Assembly (NCBI RefSeq): GCF_006345805.1
Contig: NC_042998.1
Location: forward strand, 26,722,001 to 26,786,000
From: Octopus sinensis
Taxonomy: Eukaryota
DNA: 64,000 nt
Direction of reading: 5' to 3'
The notes under the pieces were generated by a model. The model saw only the letters and a list, made by a program, of their open reading frames with translations. It was not told where the DNA came from and searched no databases. The translations under genes were made by a program, and so were the position numbers. This document shows, one piece after another, positions 51,791 through 64,000 of this stretch (the stretch's first letter is position 1; every line of letters starts with the position of its first letter).

Positions 51791-52698
51791 CAATTTCCAT
51801 TTGATTGTGATTTGATTTGCTTGTATAAATTTTCATATGGCAATACACATACTAAAAGTGACCGATAGAATAAGTACTGGGCTTACAAAGAATAAGTCCC
51901 GGGGTCAAGTTGCTCGACTAAAGGCGGTGCTCCAGCATGGCCGCAGTCAAATGACTGAAACAAGTAAAAGAGAGTAAAGAGTATGGCCCCTGCACAAGAA
52001 TGACATGCAAATTGGTGAAGCATTCCATATTTTTTAAAGGCAGTGCTCCAGCATGGCTGCAGTCAAATGACTGAAACAAGTAAAAGAATAAAAGAATATT
52101 ATATATACTTGTCTTGACATCATTCAATATTTGTATATGGACATCACCATCAGACAAGCAATGTCTTCAGTGACAAAACATGGGGAAATATTACCTTGTT
52201 TAACAGGGGAGGATTGGTGACTGGAAGAGCATCTGCTTGCAGAAGACTTGCCACAGTGCACTCAGTCCGATTCATGTGAGCCAGGGCAGGATTAAGATTC
52301 ATGGAGGCAGGCCTTAAGCACTTAAAAGACTTTGGTGTCCCCATATTAATGTAATTCAAAATGTAAACAATAATAAACCATAAAATAAATTTTTATTTCT
52401 CAAAATGAAACAAAACTGGGAAATAAATGGGAAAAATGGGAAATAATGTTTATTTTTGCTTACTTCCACATTATTTATATTTGAAAAGTTATATCCTACT
52501 TTTTATAATTGCAAAGTCTTTGATCAAATCCTCACCATGACACCATCAATTCTACAAAATTATATTTACTATCATACAAACCACTTTGATTATTATTTTA
52601 GCAAGTTTAAAGTGATTCCTTTGGAGCTGTAAACCATTTACTATTTCTGTGGTGCTTTTTTTCCTTTGATGCCCTAAGCACAAGCTTATTTTGCCTAA

Positions 52699-52900
52699 TC
52701 CTTTCGTTATCGACCCAGCTGAAACAGGTTCTGGCTCTGTAGTACAAATGTCTTGTTTTCATAAGTTTTGAATTAGTCACAATTAATGTTCCTAACACTA
52801 GCTTAATGATAACTAAGGTATTTTACTAACTTCTTTGTTACATTTAAAATTAATTGAAAGAAACACAGAGCATCTCAAAATAAATACAGTAATGAAAGGG
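52699..52900. mobile_element. TTAA MITE family 1, inverted relative to 37439
   Basis: Ends TGAAAGGG-TTAA. Confidence 0.8.
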
Positions 52901-53659
52901 TTAATGGTTAATCCAGCGTTGATGTGAGCATAGGGTTAGATATTAAAGTAGTGATGATGATGGTAGTGATGATGATGATGATGATGATAGTGATGATGAT
53001 GGTGGTGATGATGATGGTGATGATATCGTATACTCCTGGTTTGCTTCCAAAGAATTTTCTTTTAAAAACAGACCCTGTCTGAAATGACCAAATGCATCTC
53101 TTTTCATGGAACAGAAACTTAGTTTGTTTTAATAATTTATGACACTGCAAAGTTGATAAGTACTTGGGTACTCTGTTAGAGGACATACAAAATACATAAT
53201 GGCTGAATGGGTAAGAAGTTTGCTTTATTACTACTCAGGTCTGAGTTCAATCTTTCTGCTCACATCTTAGCCCTGAATCAACTGATTTATTGTACATGGA
53301 ATTTAGATGGAAACTGTGAGGAAGCCTGCAGTATCATCATCATAATCACCACCACCACATCATCATTGTTATCATCACCATCATTTTTTCCATGCTGGCA
53401 TGGGTGGGCTAAGTCATCACAGCTCATATCATTTAGCACAAAAGAATAACAACCAGCTTTGGTGCTGTGAATGTCTAATGGTGTATAAAGGTTGCAATTA
53501 ATCATGTCGCCAACACAAGAGAGATAGTCTTATATGAAGAGGGCGCCTGGGTGCCCTTCTACTCTGTATTGGTTTTTATTCAGAATCATTGCTCTCCTGA
53601 ATGGATAATAAGTGATGATTTTTACAGAGACCAAACCAATGGGTGGATGGACAGAATTA

Positions 53660-53915
53660 TTTACACAATGGACAGAATGCTTTGCAGTAGTATCTGTTCT
53701 GGTTTTTGAATTCTGACATCAACTTCTGCGATAATGCTGGTGCCATGCTGTATCAGCTTTGCCATTTCCTTGGATGTCATCAGTGGTGTGGAAACAGAAG
53801 ACTTATATGCCTGAGCAATTGTTTGTCTTCAATACAACAACCTTGTCTAAGACTATTCTTTGGAGAGAAATTTTCATGGTGCAGAAATCGATGGCCATTT
53901 ATGGCTAAAGGAGAA
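53660..53915 (+). pseudogene. Possible pogo/Tigger transposase relic
   Basis: Frameshifted FA.S..WF, SADNAGA, TYMPEQLFVFNTTTL..KSMAIYG resembles Tigger YLPEQVFNxDETxL..KSMPGFK. Confidence 0.35.
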
Positions 53916-54120
53916 TTAAACTAAATTAGCAAGAATTAAACTAAATATTAGACCAGACTTTTCACTAAACACTCAGGTAAAGTGTTTCACAACCAATTGT
54001 TTTAATAATCCCTCTTAATTAATTATGATAGTTCAACAAAATGGAAGGCTACATAGGATGCTGTTTATTTTTGTCCCAGATCATCCTCAGCATGACCCTG
54101 CCATCTTTTACTCAGATATA

Positions 54121-54685
54121 TTGGGTTGTCCAGAAAGTTCGTGCCGATTTTTAAAGGAAAGAAAAAGGTCAATAAATACTTGCCATTACATTTTTAATCA
54201 ACCAGATATGAACCATTTTGTTGCACAATGCGTCTCCATCTTTCCTTTAACTTGAAAATACCCACATCCCAGAATTGAGGTGGTTTCATGGCAAAGAATT
54301 CATCAAGGTATCTTTTTACGTCATCCAAGGAATTGAAATTTTTACCATTAAGACTATTCTGCAGAGACCTGAATAAGTGGAAATCTAAAGAAGCAATATC
54401 TGGTGAACATGGAGAGTGGGGTAACACATCCCAGCCAAGCAGCAGCAATTTTTGTCTGGTTCTCAAAGCATCAAGTGCCAAAAATGAACTTTCTTATCTT
54501 CTATTTTAAAGTGTTACAGAATTAACACAGGTTATATGAACATAAACCTTCTTACACAAAAAGATAGCTTAAACTGTGCTCTAAATTGAGGTGTAGTCAA
54601 ATCCTATTTTATGGACTCAACCATGTTCTAAAATAAGTCAAAAGTAAGCTACTATAAATCGGCATAAACTTTCCGGACAACCCAA
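54121..54685 (-). mobile_element. Internally deleted mariner, same family and deletion as 44494
   Basis: TIRs; ORF 54194-54481 LGWDVLPHSPCSPDIASLDFHLF..NGSYLVD. Confidence 0.95.
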
Positions 54686-55167
54686 CATATATATATACAC
54701 ACACACACATATCAGAAAATGAGATGACAAATAAATAAACAATCATCTTATGAACTCCATTAGCTTACAGCTGTTTCTGCTATAATATGCAATGGACTCA
54801 TGGTTGTGTGCCTGAGCTCCATCAGTGCCTTGAATATGAAGTGCAATTTATTTAGGAAAAGAATTACATTTATTTTACATAAATTCTCTTCTGGAAAAAC
54901 AGCTAGAATTTGATTTCTTTTCACTGGTTATATTTGATCTTCCTGTGTCAATGATATCTTTGTACTCCTATCAAGCACATTGCCCCTTTATAGATCTGAT
55001 ATCACTTTTAAGTCATTTCATGTTTCAGCAACTCCTTCCATCACCAAACACCAACACTATAACTTTCACTAATTAACTGCCAGTATTTTAATATTTAATA
55101 TTTAATGATATCAAAATCTGAACATCGTTTATTTTCAAGCAGGATCCTCTCTCAGTTGAGACGTCCA

Positions 55168-55220
55168 TAAGTTGAAAGGTAAGCTACTATAAATCGGCAC
55201 GAACTTTCCGGACAACCCAA
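55168..55220 (-). mobile_element. Extra mariner left end
   Basis: AAGCTACTATAAATCGGCACGAACTTTCCGGACAACCCAA followed by TA. Confidence 0.9.
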
Positions 55221-56224
55221 TATTTTATTCACAACTAAATGATCCAATATATTCTTTCTCTTTAACCCTTTATCATTTAAACCAACCATATCCGCCAAAA
55301 ATACTCTACCTGTTTTATTTTCAAACTGGCTAGATCCAGCCTCTCACACCTACCTTACAATAATATTCTAACAATAAACAATCGTGACATTGAATTCTCA
55401 AAGATACAAGATAAGGCATAACTAATTCAAATCAATGTGAATAAAAAAGCATTGCATCTGACATGGAAATCTGAATACTAAAGGCTGATGGCTTACTAAA
55501 TGATTTTGAGGGATATTTTGTCTGCTTCTTTTAGCAGGCTAAACAATTATGCAAAAACTCTCTCACTGACTTGGCAAAAATATATACATTCATTTTCACA
55601 ACAATGGGAGAAATACAAGTTCAAGTTTAGCCTAAAGATTCAATTTAGCGCAAGAAGTCACAACTTATTATTTGAGAGTCAAACATCTTTTTCATTCACC
55701 TACTTTAACTCTATGGTAAATTATATTAGAAGCATTGCAAATCATCCAAACAGGCTAAAGGTTCGGGAGATATGACGGTTGAAATTACCATAATTCCACA
55801 ATAATTTTCATAGTCATTCATAAAACTCACAAAACTTGATACAACTATTTACTTTAGGAACAAAAGTAAATTTGAATTCTATGATGAAGGCTATTCTAAA
55901 AGTGAAGCCTATTGAAAAATTTATTTATATAATAAATTCATAGAATGAATGCAATAAACAGGTTGGTACACTATATACATTTGAATGAAGACAATGGGGT
56001 TGTTAATATCCCGAGGATGTTATTTCAAGTAGATTAAGACATAGAAATTCATTTGTGACTGGAATTTCTATCTATATTCTCTTGACAGGTAATCACATGG
56101 AAGAAGAGAGAGAGAGGGATAGAGGGGGAGGGGGGGAGAGAATCAGACAGACTCTCTGACAAATACATAGACAGAGGAAAAGGTGGAGCAGATGGAGGTG
56201 GAGTGTAAAACAGTGTGTGTGTAT

Positions 56225-56462
56225 ACTCTTTTATTTGTTTCAGTCATTTGACTGTGGCCATGCTGGGGCACTGCCTTTAGTCGAGCAAATCGACCCCAGT
56301 ACTTATTCTTTGTAAGCCTAGTACTTATACTATTGGTCTCTTTTGCTGAACCGCTAAGTTACGGGGACGTAAACACACCAGCATCGGTTATCAAGCGATG
56401 TTGGGGGACAAACATAGACACACAAACACACACGCATACATATATATACATATTAACTTAAC

Positions 56463-56494
<32 letters not shown>

Positions 56495-56660
56495 TATATA
56501 TATACGATGGGCTTCTTTCAATTTCCATCTACCAAGTCCACTCACAAGGCTTTGGTCGGCCCAAGGCTATAGTAGAAGACACTTGCCCAAGGTGCCATGC
56601 AGTGGGACTGAACCCGGAACCATGTGGTTGGTAAGCAAGCTACTTACCATACAGCCACTC
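56225..56660 (-). mobile_element. SINE family A
   Basis: Full reverse copy. Confidence 0.88.
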
Positions 56661-57435
56661 CTACGTATGTGGTGTATCTCTAAATAAACTAGAAGAGAGA
56701 AAGATATGATAAAGTCAGTAGAAGTTTGAAGTATCTACAAGTTGTAGATCATTTTTATAAAGATACATTCTGGCATCTATTAGGGAGGAAAAAAAGTTGC
56801 TGAATAAATAATTGTTGTTCAATGATATTTACGAAACTACTATCATCACAGCGTCAGAAATGTCAATAAAAAAAAATTCCACAAGAAGTTAAATCACTAA
56901 CAAATATTTGAAACATTAACACCACGACTGGCTTTGCATTGAAAACTTACATAAATATAAGTTTGAATGTCACAAAACTCATTCTTCTGTGAAAAAACAT
57001 AACATAACTATTACCGATTTCACTGGTTCACATTTTTGCTTTTTTTTTTTGTTTATTCCTGTTTCTTTTAACTGACAACTGATTTTAAAGCAAATAAAAA
57101 TATTTTAGTTCACTTTCTGAATAAAATCTAAAAAAATAAAAACATGGAGAAAATATCTTGAAAAATGGTATTTACATAATTTAGGCTATAAATATAATTT
57201 AAACTACAGGAAATTATTAAATATATATTTATTTATTTATTCAATAAATGAAACCTTGAATTTCAGTCGGAATTTTTCAAATATATTTTTTTAAATAATT
57301 TTATTACCTACACAACACACCAAGCTGCTTCATGCAGCACACAATATTCAGGACTGACTGGATTACACCTTTAGCTAATAGCATTCACTTCTCTGTTCTA
57401 ATTAGCAATGCTATGAAAAATATCACTACTTATAT

Positions 57436-58210
57436 AGGTGCAGGAGTGGCTGTGTGGTAAGAAGGCGGCAAGCTGGCAGAAACATTAGCACACTGGGCGA
57501 AATGCTTAGCAGCATTTCGTCTACCGTTACGTTCTGAGTTCAGATTCTGCCAAGGTCAACTTTGCATTTCATCCTTTCGGGGTCGATAAATTAAGTACCA
57601 GTTACACACTGGGGTCAATGTAATCGACTTAATTCCTTTGTCTGTCCTTGTTTGTCCCCTCTATGTTTAGCCCCTTGTAGGCAATAAGGAAATAAGAAGC
57701 TTGCTTCCCAACCACATGGTTCTGGGTTCAGTCCCACTGTGTGACACCTTGAGCAAATGTTTTCTACTATAGCCTCGGGCCGATCAATGCCTTTGAGTGG
57801 ATGTGGTAGACGGAAACTGAAAGAAGCCCATCATGTGTGTGTATATATATATATATACCGCTAGCTTCAAAAGATTTTTTATTCTCTGTTTATTTTCTTG
57901 TGTTCCTTTCTGTTGAAGAGTGTTAAACTAATACACCTGTTTCTTGTTTATACACCTGTCTTCATCTTCTGTTTTTCTGTAAATTTTAACTATGTACATG
58001 TATGTATTTGCATGTCTGTGTTTGCCCCCCCCTCCCCACCCACATTACTTGACAACCGATGTTCATGTGTTTACATCTCCATAACTTAGTGGTTCGGCAA
58101 AAGAAGCCGATAGAATAAGTACTAGGCTTACAAAGAATAAGTCCTGGAGTCGATTTGTTCGACTAAAAGGCAGCACTCCAGCATGGCCACAGTCAAATGA
58201 CAGAAACAAG
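57436..58210 (+). mobile_element. SINE A interrupted by SINE B (57465-57699)
   Basis: Family A head resumes CTTGCTTCCCAACC after the insert; TAAGAAG on both sides. Confidence 0.88.
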
Positions 58211-58249
58211 AATAATATCTAATGAAATCAATGAGTTGCAAGGATAATC

Positions 58250-58790
58250 ATCACCATCATCATCATCGTTATCGTTTAACATCTGCTTTCCATGCTGGCA
58301 TGGGTTGGACAGTTTGACTGAGGACTGGTGAACCAGAAGGCTGCACCCAGCTCCAATCTGATCTGGCATGGTTTCTACAGCTGGATGCCCTTCCTAACAC
58401 CAACCACTCGGAGAGTGTAGTGGGTGCCTTTTACATGCCACCGGCACAGGAGTCAGTCAGGTAGCACAGGCAGTGACCAAGCATGAATGGTGCTTTTTAC
58501 ATGTCACCAGCACGGGAGCCAGTCAGGGAGCACTGGCAAGGACCATGCTTGAATAGTACTTTTTAAGTACCACCAGCATGGGACCAGACAGATGTCATTA
58601 GCATCAACCACACTTGAATGGTGCTTTTTACAAGCCACCAGCACAGGAGCCAGTCAGGTGGCACTGGCAACAATCACGCTTGAATGGTGCTTTTTATATA
58701 CTACCAGCATGGGACCAGTCAGCCTGCACTGGCATCAACCACACTTGAATGGTGCTTTTTACGTGTCACTGGCACAGGTGCCAATCAGCC
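58250..58790 (-). mobile_element. RTE-tail repeat family C with about 6 tandem modules of about 60 bp
   Basis: Repeated GAATGGTGCTTTTTAC..CACCAGCA..GCCAGTCAG..CACTGGCA. Confidence 0.8.
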
Positions 58791-60172
58791 AGTATTGTCA
58801 CTAGCCACAAATATATGGTATTATTTGATAAACATCGAAGGGTTTGGAGGATTAAGCCAAGAAAATAGGAATCGAAGAGATCCATACAGAAAAAAATGGT
58901 TAAGAATGCAGGATATAACAAAAGTATTTGCAAGTGAGAAATGTCATCTTGTCCAACCAACTATGGTATTAAAATCTGCTCAATACAGGTAACCAGTTCT
59001 TCTTCAACAAACTTCCTATCTTCAAAATGGGAACCATATTTTTAAGTCTGAAAATATTCGGAGAGAATATATATCACTCTAAAGATTGAATAACTACATC
59101 CAGAAATAACTAGAAGTGCCAATCAATCAACTTATTTAATCAGCTACTTCCATGCCATTGATCTGTGAAGGTAGAGTTAAGTGAAGCAACTCAACAGTAA
59201 CAACCAACCAACCACCCAAACAACTACTTGAAATAACAGAAACTTCTCACAATGATGCAGACAAATGAAATTTTGAAAATAATGTAAAAGAGAGACCCTT
59301 ATATCAAAGCGAGGAATGTAATCAATTGAATTACTACGACAATAGTTCAGTAAACCTTTTTGAAGACTGGTAGCTATCATACATCAGAGACAGATACTTC
59401 TGATAGCTTGCTTCCTCCACAAATCTGCAACTACTTAGATATGTAAAGTGATAATATTAGATATGCTGATGTTGCATAAAAAGTACCCAAGAGGGCACCA
59501 TGTAGCGGTATTTCGTCTGCTGCTACATTCTGAGTTCAAATTCCGCTGAGGTCGACTTTGTCTTTCATCCTTTCGAGATCAATTAAATAAGTACCAGTTA
59601 CATTTTGGAGTCGATGTAATAACTATATGACTTTAGGTTCCATCCCACTGTTATGCGGTGGGATACACATGTCTACTACTGTAGTCTCAAACTGACCAAT
59701 GTTGTATGAGTGTAACTGATGCATGAAAACTGTCATATAATAATGTGTTTGCATGTGTGTAGAGGGGGTGGTGAAGGTGCATGACTAAGTGGTTAGGGTA
59801 TTTGGCTCACAATTGTAAGATCATGAGTTCAATATCCAGTGATACATTGTGACCTTGAGCAAGACATTTTACTTCAAGTTTCTCTAGTCCATTCAGCTGG
59901 CAAATGTGAGTTGTACCCATATTTCAAAGGGCCAAGCTTGTTACATTGTATGCCACACTGAGTCTCCCTGAGAACTACTTTTAGGGTACAACTTGCATGT
60001 TAATCCCACAAGTAGGCTGTTCAGTTGATCGGATCAGTTGGAACCTTTGTTGTTCTAACTGCTAGTGTGTGTGTGTGTGTGTGTGTGGTGTGTGTGTGTG
60101 TGTGTGCGTGCATCAACGCTTATTTTCAGTCTTTGCATTGCACTATTTACAAAATGGTAATACATCGTCATA

Positions 60173-60400
60173 AGGCGGCGAGCTGACAGAATCATTAGCA
60201 CGCCGGGTGAAATGCTTAGCGGTATTTTGTCTGCTGCTACGTTCTGAGTTCAAATTCTGCCGAGGTCGACTTTGCCTTTCATCCTTTCAGAGTCGATTAA
60301 ATAAGTACCAGTTACGCACTGGGGTCGATATAATTGACTTAATCCGTTTGTCTGTCCTTGTTTGTCCTCTCTGTGTTTAGCCCCTTGTGGGTAGTAAAGA
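60173..60400 (+). mobile_element. SINE family B
   Basis: Full copy AAGGCGGCGAGCTGACAGAATC...GCCCCTTGTGGGTAGTAAAGAAA. Confidence 0.88.
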
Positions 60401-61329
60401 AACAGGTAATACATCGTCATATGTAAACATCATCTGTAGCTTGGATGTTACAATGCGTGAAGTCCAGTGAAATAAAAATGCCTTATTTGAAAAACAAGAG
60501 TTGGCATAGGAGAGGCATCTAGCCATAGAATACTACCTCAAGGTGTCTCATCCAACCCATGCCAGTTTGGAGAGAGAGAAGAAAAACATGATGGTGATAA
60601 CAATAACGGAGGATTGATCTATCACGGAACAATTCTCATTTACTGACATTATTCATGTCTTGGAGGTAGACTAGTACATCTGAGATAAGCAAGGTTAACA
60701 CCACCTACATCTTTATTGGCTTGTGTTAATATTATCATGTTTTCAAGATTCTTTTATTGAAACAAATGTATTTACACTTGAATACCATTCCTTCAGCAAA
60801 ATGTTCAATAATAAAGTAAGAGCAGAACTATGCTTTTATTCATTTAAAACAAACCATATTTAGTAAGAGTATAAACAAAATTACAGTGGTAAGTAGTCCA
60901 GCACTTTAACTTTGCTTGAATTCTATACACTAGGAATCTACATTTCATCTTGATGGCTGCAGAAATTCCTAAAAAAATTTATAGAACATTTCCAAGGCAC
61001 TTACAAAATAATTTCTCTGTATAAACATTGAAAAGACTAATTTTACAATCATCAAGAGAGATACAAAATAAGATCTGCTTTTATAATTCAATTTACATCA
61101 AGGTTGTATTATATGAATGATTAATCTCAATGCTCAGCTGGAATTTTATTTCATTAAAGACTAAATTGATCTTAGCAGGATTTGAACTCAGAATGTAAAT
61201 ACTGCAGATATCTTAACTGCTGCTCTCACAAATCAAATGGAGACTGTTTTTCTTTTGTGATGTTTAGAATGTTATACATGAAATAATTCTGGTAATGTCT
61301 GCATTAAAATTATTGTGGTCTTTATGAGA

Positions 61330-61610
61330 CAGATATCTCAACAGGGGGAGAAATACTTTCCATGTGTCTTCATAATGTGTTCCAGTGAATGGTGATTCTT
61401 TATAGGTGGATAAAAGTAATAAGAGTAAAATAGAAAAGCTGGATTCCTTTCTCCATAAACAGTTATGATTCCTACTTGATGGCGAAATAAAAATGGCAAC
61501 ATGCAATTCCACAAAAGGTGTGGATGTGGACAATTAAACATTAATCTTGCAAAGATTCGTTGGCATCTGTTCAGACATATCTGTAGAATAGACGTTTTAG
61601 TGGGGACTTG
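61330..61610 (+). pseudogene. Decayed RTE-group RT C-terminal fragment
   Basis: KLDSFLHKQL*.. WRNKNGNMQFHKRCGCGQLNINLAKIRWHLFRHICRID resembles KLDxFHxKxLR..WPDKISNxELY..RWRLFGHILR. Confidence 0.6.
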
Positions 61611-62030
61611 AAAGGTTCTGCTTCTGCTGGCTACAATAATAATACTTTCAATGACATACCATTATAGCTTTCAGAGGTCAAATAGAAACGGTAAATCATC
61701 TGGTGGAACTCAGAGAAAAATAGCCAAACAAAAGACAGAAGAGAATTAGTTTTGCAAGTAAAGCCATACAAATGAATCCAAAGAACTATTCTTCAATAAA
61801 GTGTAAGGAATAATAATAGTAAATGCTTTAAAATATAAATTAGTTGAATATTGGTTTCTAACATAAGCACAATTACATCAGAACTCTTTTTTATCACCAT
61901 CCCCCTGTGACCCCAGAATGATGAAAAGTAAAGTTGCACTCAGTGAAATTTGAACTCAAGACATAAAAGGTTGGCATTAAATATCAGGAGGCATTATTTA
62001 TTAATTTATTTATTTATTTCGAAGACTTAA

Positions 62031-62233
62031 CCCTTTTCCATTCAGATTCTTCTGCCAAATGCAATGCTTATTTATTCACATTTTAAAAAATTAATTCTGA
62101 AAATTCCAAAGATGTGACTGTTTATTTTTAGAATGATATTGCCAGGTAGGTGTGAGATGCTGGATCTGGCCAGTTTGAACATAAAACCAATAGAATATTT
62201 GGGCCGGATATGGCCAGTTTAAATGCTAAAGGG
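62031..62233. mobile_element. TTAA MITE family 2
   Basis: TTAA-CCCTTT...GCTAAAGGG-TTAA. Confidence 0.82.
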
Positions 62234-64000
62234 TTAAACAGTTCAGCTTATGGAATAAATATTATTTGCCCTGGTTTAGGATGAATGTTGATGTAATTTA
62301 ATCCCAGCAACATTTGTCCTAAACCAGGACTGTCATGTTATGTTGGCAAATAATCTTTACTCCAAAGTACTGTTGCTGTATATCTCTCGATGTGAGATTT
62401 ACAAATAGTAATTTTCTAAATTCTGCTTATGTTTGACATGCAGATAAATTTGGTATTCCTTATATTAAATTTTATATGTGTACAGAAATATATCGTCGCT
62501 GTGAAGATTTTGATTTAATTTCGAAGGTAGTGAGACCATATGACAAATAAGCAGACAAGAATGATTTTTAATATGTTTTAGGCTCCTCCCAAGTCTTGTT
62601 ATGAGCTCATTCAATAATTACAAGTAAATGTCTTATACATAACATGTTTTGTATAAAAAGAGGTAAGGACTTCAAAAAAAAAAAAAAGAAAGAAAGAAAA
62701 AGAAAAAAAATGCAACGAGATTAATCATACTTTTTCTAACCTATTACATGACTTAATCTATTATGTCTATGTAAACATACTTTCAAGTCATGCTGTGAAT
62801 ATTGTTTGGGGTTAAAACCCAAGTTGATATGACCACATGATCAGGAATTAACAATCATGATTTTGAGTCTCTTTTGAATTATATTTACTGACACATAATA
62901 GATTTACCAGGTGAGTATGGTAGATCTGAAGAGAGTCTATTATGAATGTGAAAACAGAGAGCACATGATGGACATATTGGGCTTGAGGACAAACGAAATC
63001 ATGATAGGCTAACTTCCTGATCACATCATTTCATTAAATTAGGCTTAACTGAGAACAATCTTCACAGCAAGAGCAGAGCAAGACTAATAAATGTATTTGC
63101 ACACACAATAGATTGCATCATATGTAATGAAATAGATTACATCATATGTGACAAAAGTTATAATTACTTTCAAACATTGTATGTACTCTCAGAGAGCTTA
63201 CAGGAGATATTCGGCAACCTTAACATAATTAACTCAGCAGAAGAAATAAAGGTAATTTCTATGATAAGTAATTTAATCGTGTAAAAAGAAAAGTCATTCA
63301 CTTCATTGGGTTTAGATTATATTGTATGATCTCAAACATTAATAATCAAACCTCTCTTTTGTTTATTCATCAATAATTATCATCGTAGCCTATACAGTAA
63401 TATAGAAGTGCTGTAAACAAGTGGATAAGATGCAAGACTTCAGAGAACAGTGAGTTAGGTGTTTGTATACCAGCAGAACTTTGACTTTTCTGTGCAAGCT
63501 ACTAATGGACATAAGCTATTAGCCATTCTGGTAATGATATGATGTGCCTTAAGTAGGCGCTCCTCAACATTAATAGTTGACTCATCAAAGGGAAAGTTAA
63601 GTGTCAATATTTTAAGCTGTTGAAGCTCAAAAGAGGAGTACTTACAGATTTATTCCTGCTCTTCAGTGCTGTCAGCTTCGGTAAAAAGTATCTTAACACT
63701 TCAATATTCTAGCCAGCAAAACTGGAATGACGATAACCAAGCCGACATATTATATCTGGCAGCCGGAAAGACCCCCACCAATCTTACAAGAAGTCATGTT
63801 TTTCTTACTTTTCAATATTTCGGCATTTTTTAGATAAATGCATCAACACACGTCAACTGTGAATACTAATGGGTTAAACCAACAGAACTGTAATTTATCT
63901 CATATTAAATCTCAGTTTTCATATATATTGTTCTCAGCAATGTTTTCTGAATTTTTTAAAACTTTGGAACACATTTCCTCCCTAAGTTATATAGAGAAAA

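Noticed and set aside
58820-59040. Possible Tc1 transposase relic (RRVWRIK..VKNAGY)
   Set aside because: Similarity too weak; no TIRs found
63610-63670. Reverse-complement CTGAAGA...CAACAGCTTA; also CTGATGA at 30041, 3247 (rc) and 53765 (rc)
   Set aside because: No GAAA core or no pairing stems

Overview
AT-rich eukaryotic DNA made almost entirely of transposable-element relics and (TA)n/(CA)n/(ATT)n/(GAA)n microsatellites. The SINE set and microsatellite load suggest an octopod cephalopod (inference). No host protein-coding gene could be supported, and nearly all supplied ORFs are microsatellite artefacts. The only long real ORF is a 5'-truncated but unbroken CR1/L2-group LINE ORF2 (25346-27886). 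Also present: older CR1-group, RTE, R4/Dong-like and Penelope-like fragments, mariner/Tc1/hAT/TTAA MITEs, Helitron-like ends and several tRNA-derived SINE families. Main observations: (1) about nine hammerhead-ribozyme-like motifs from several unrelated repeat families, one fully canonical (11272-11375); (2) a 1.1-kb TA-flanked composite mariner that appears to have copied host flank containing a hammerhead 9 kb away in inverted orientation; (3) a 3' double hairpin shared by LINEs and the main SINE, with compensatory base changes visible across four variants.
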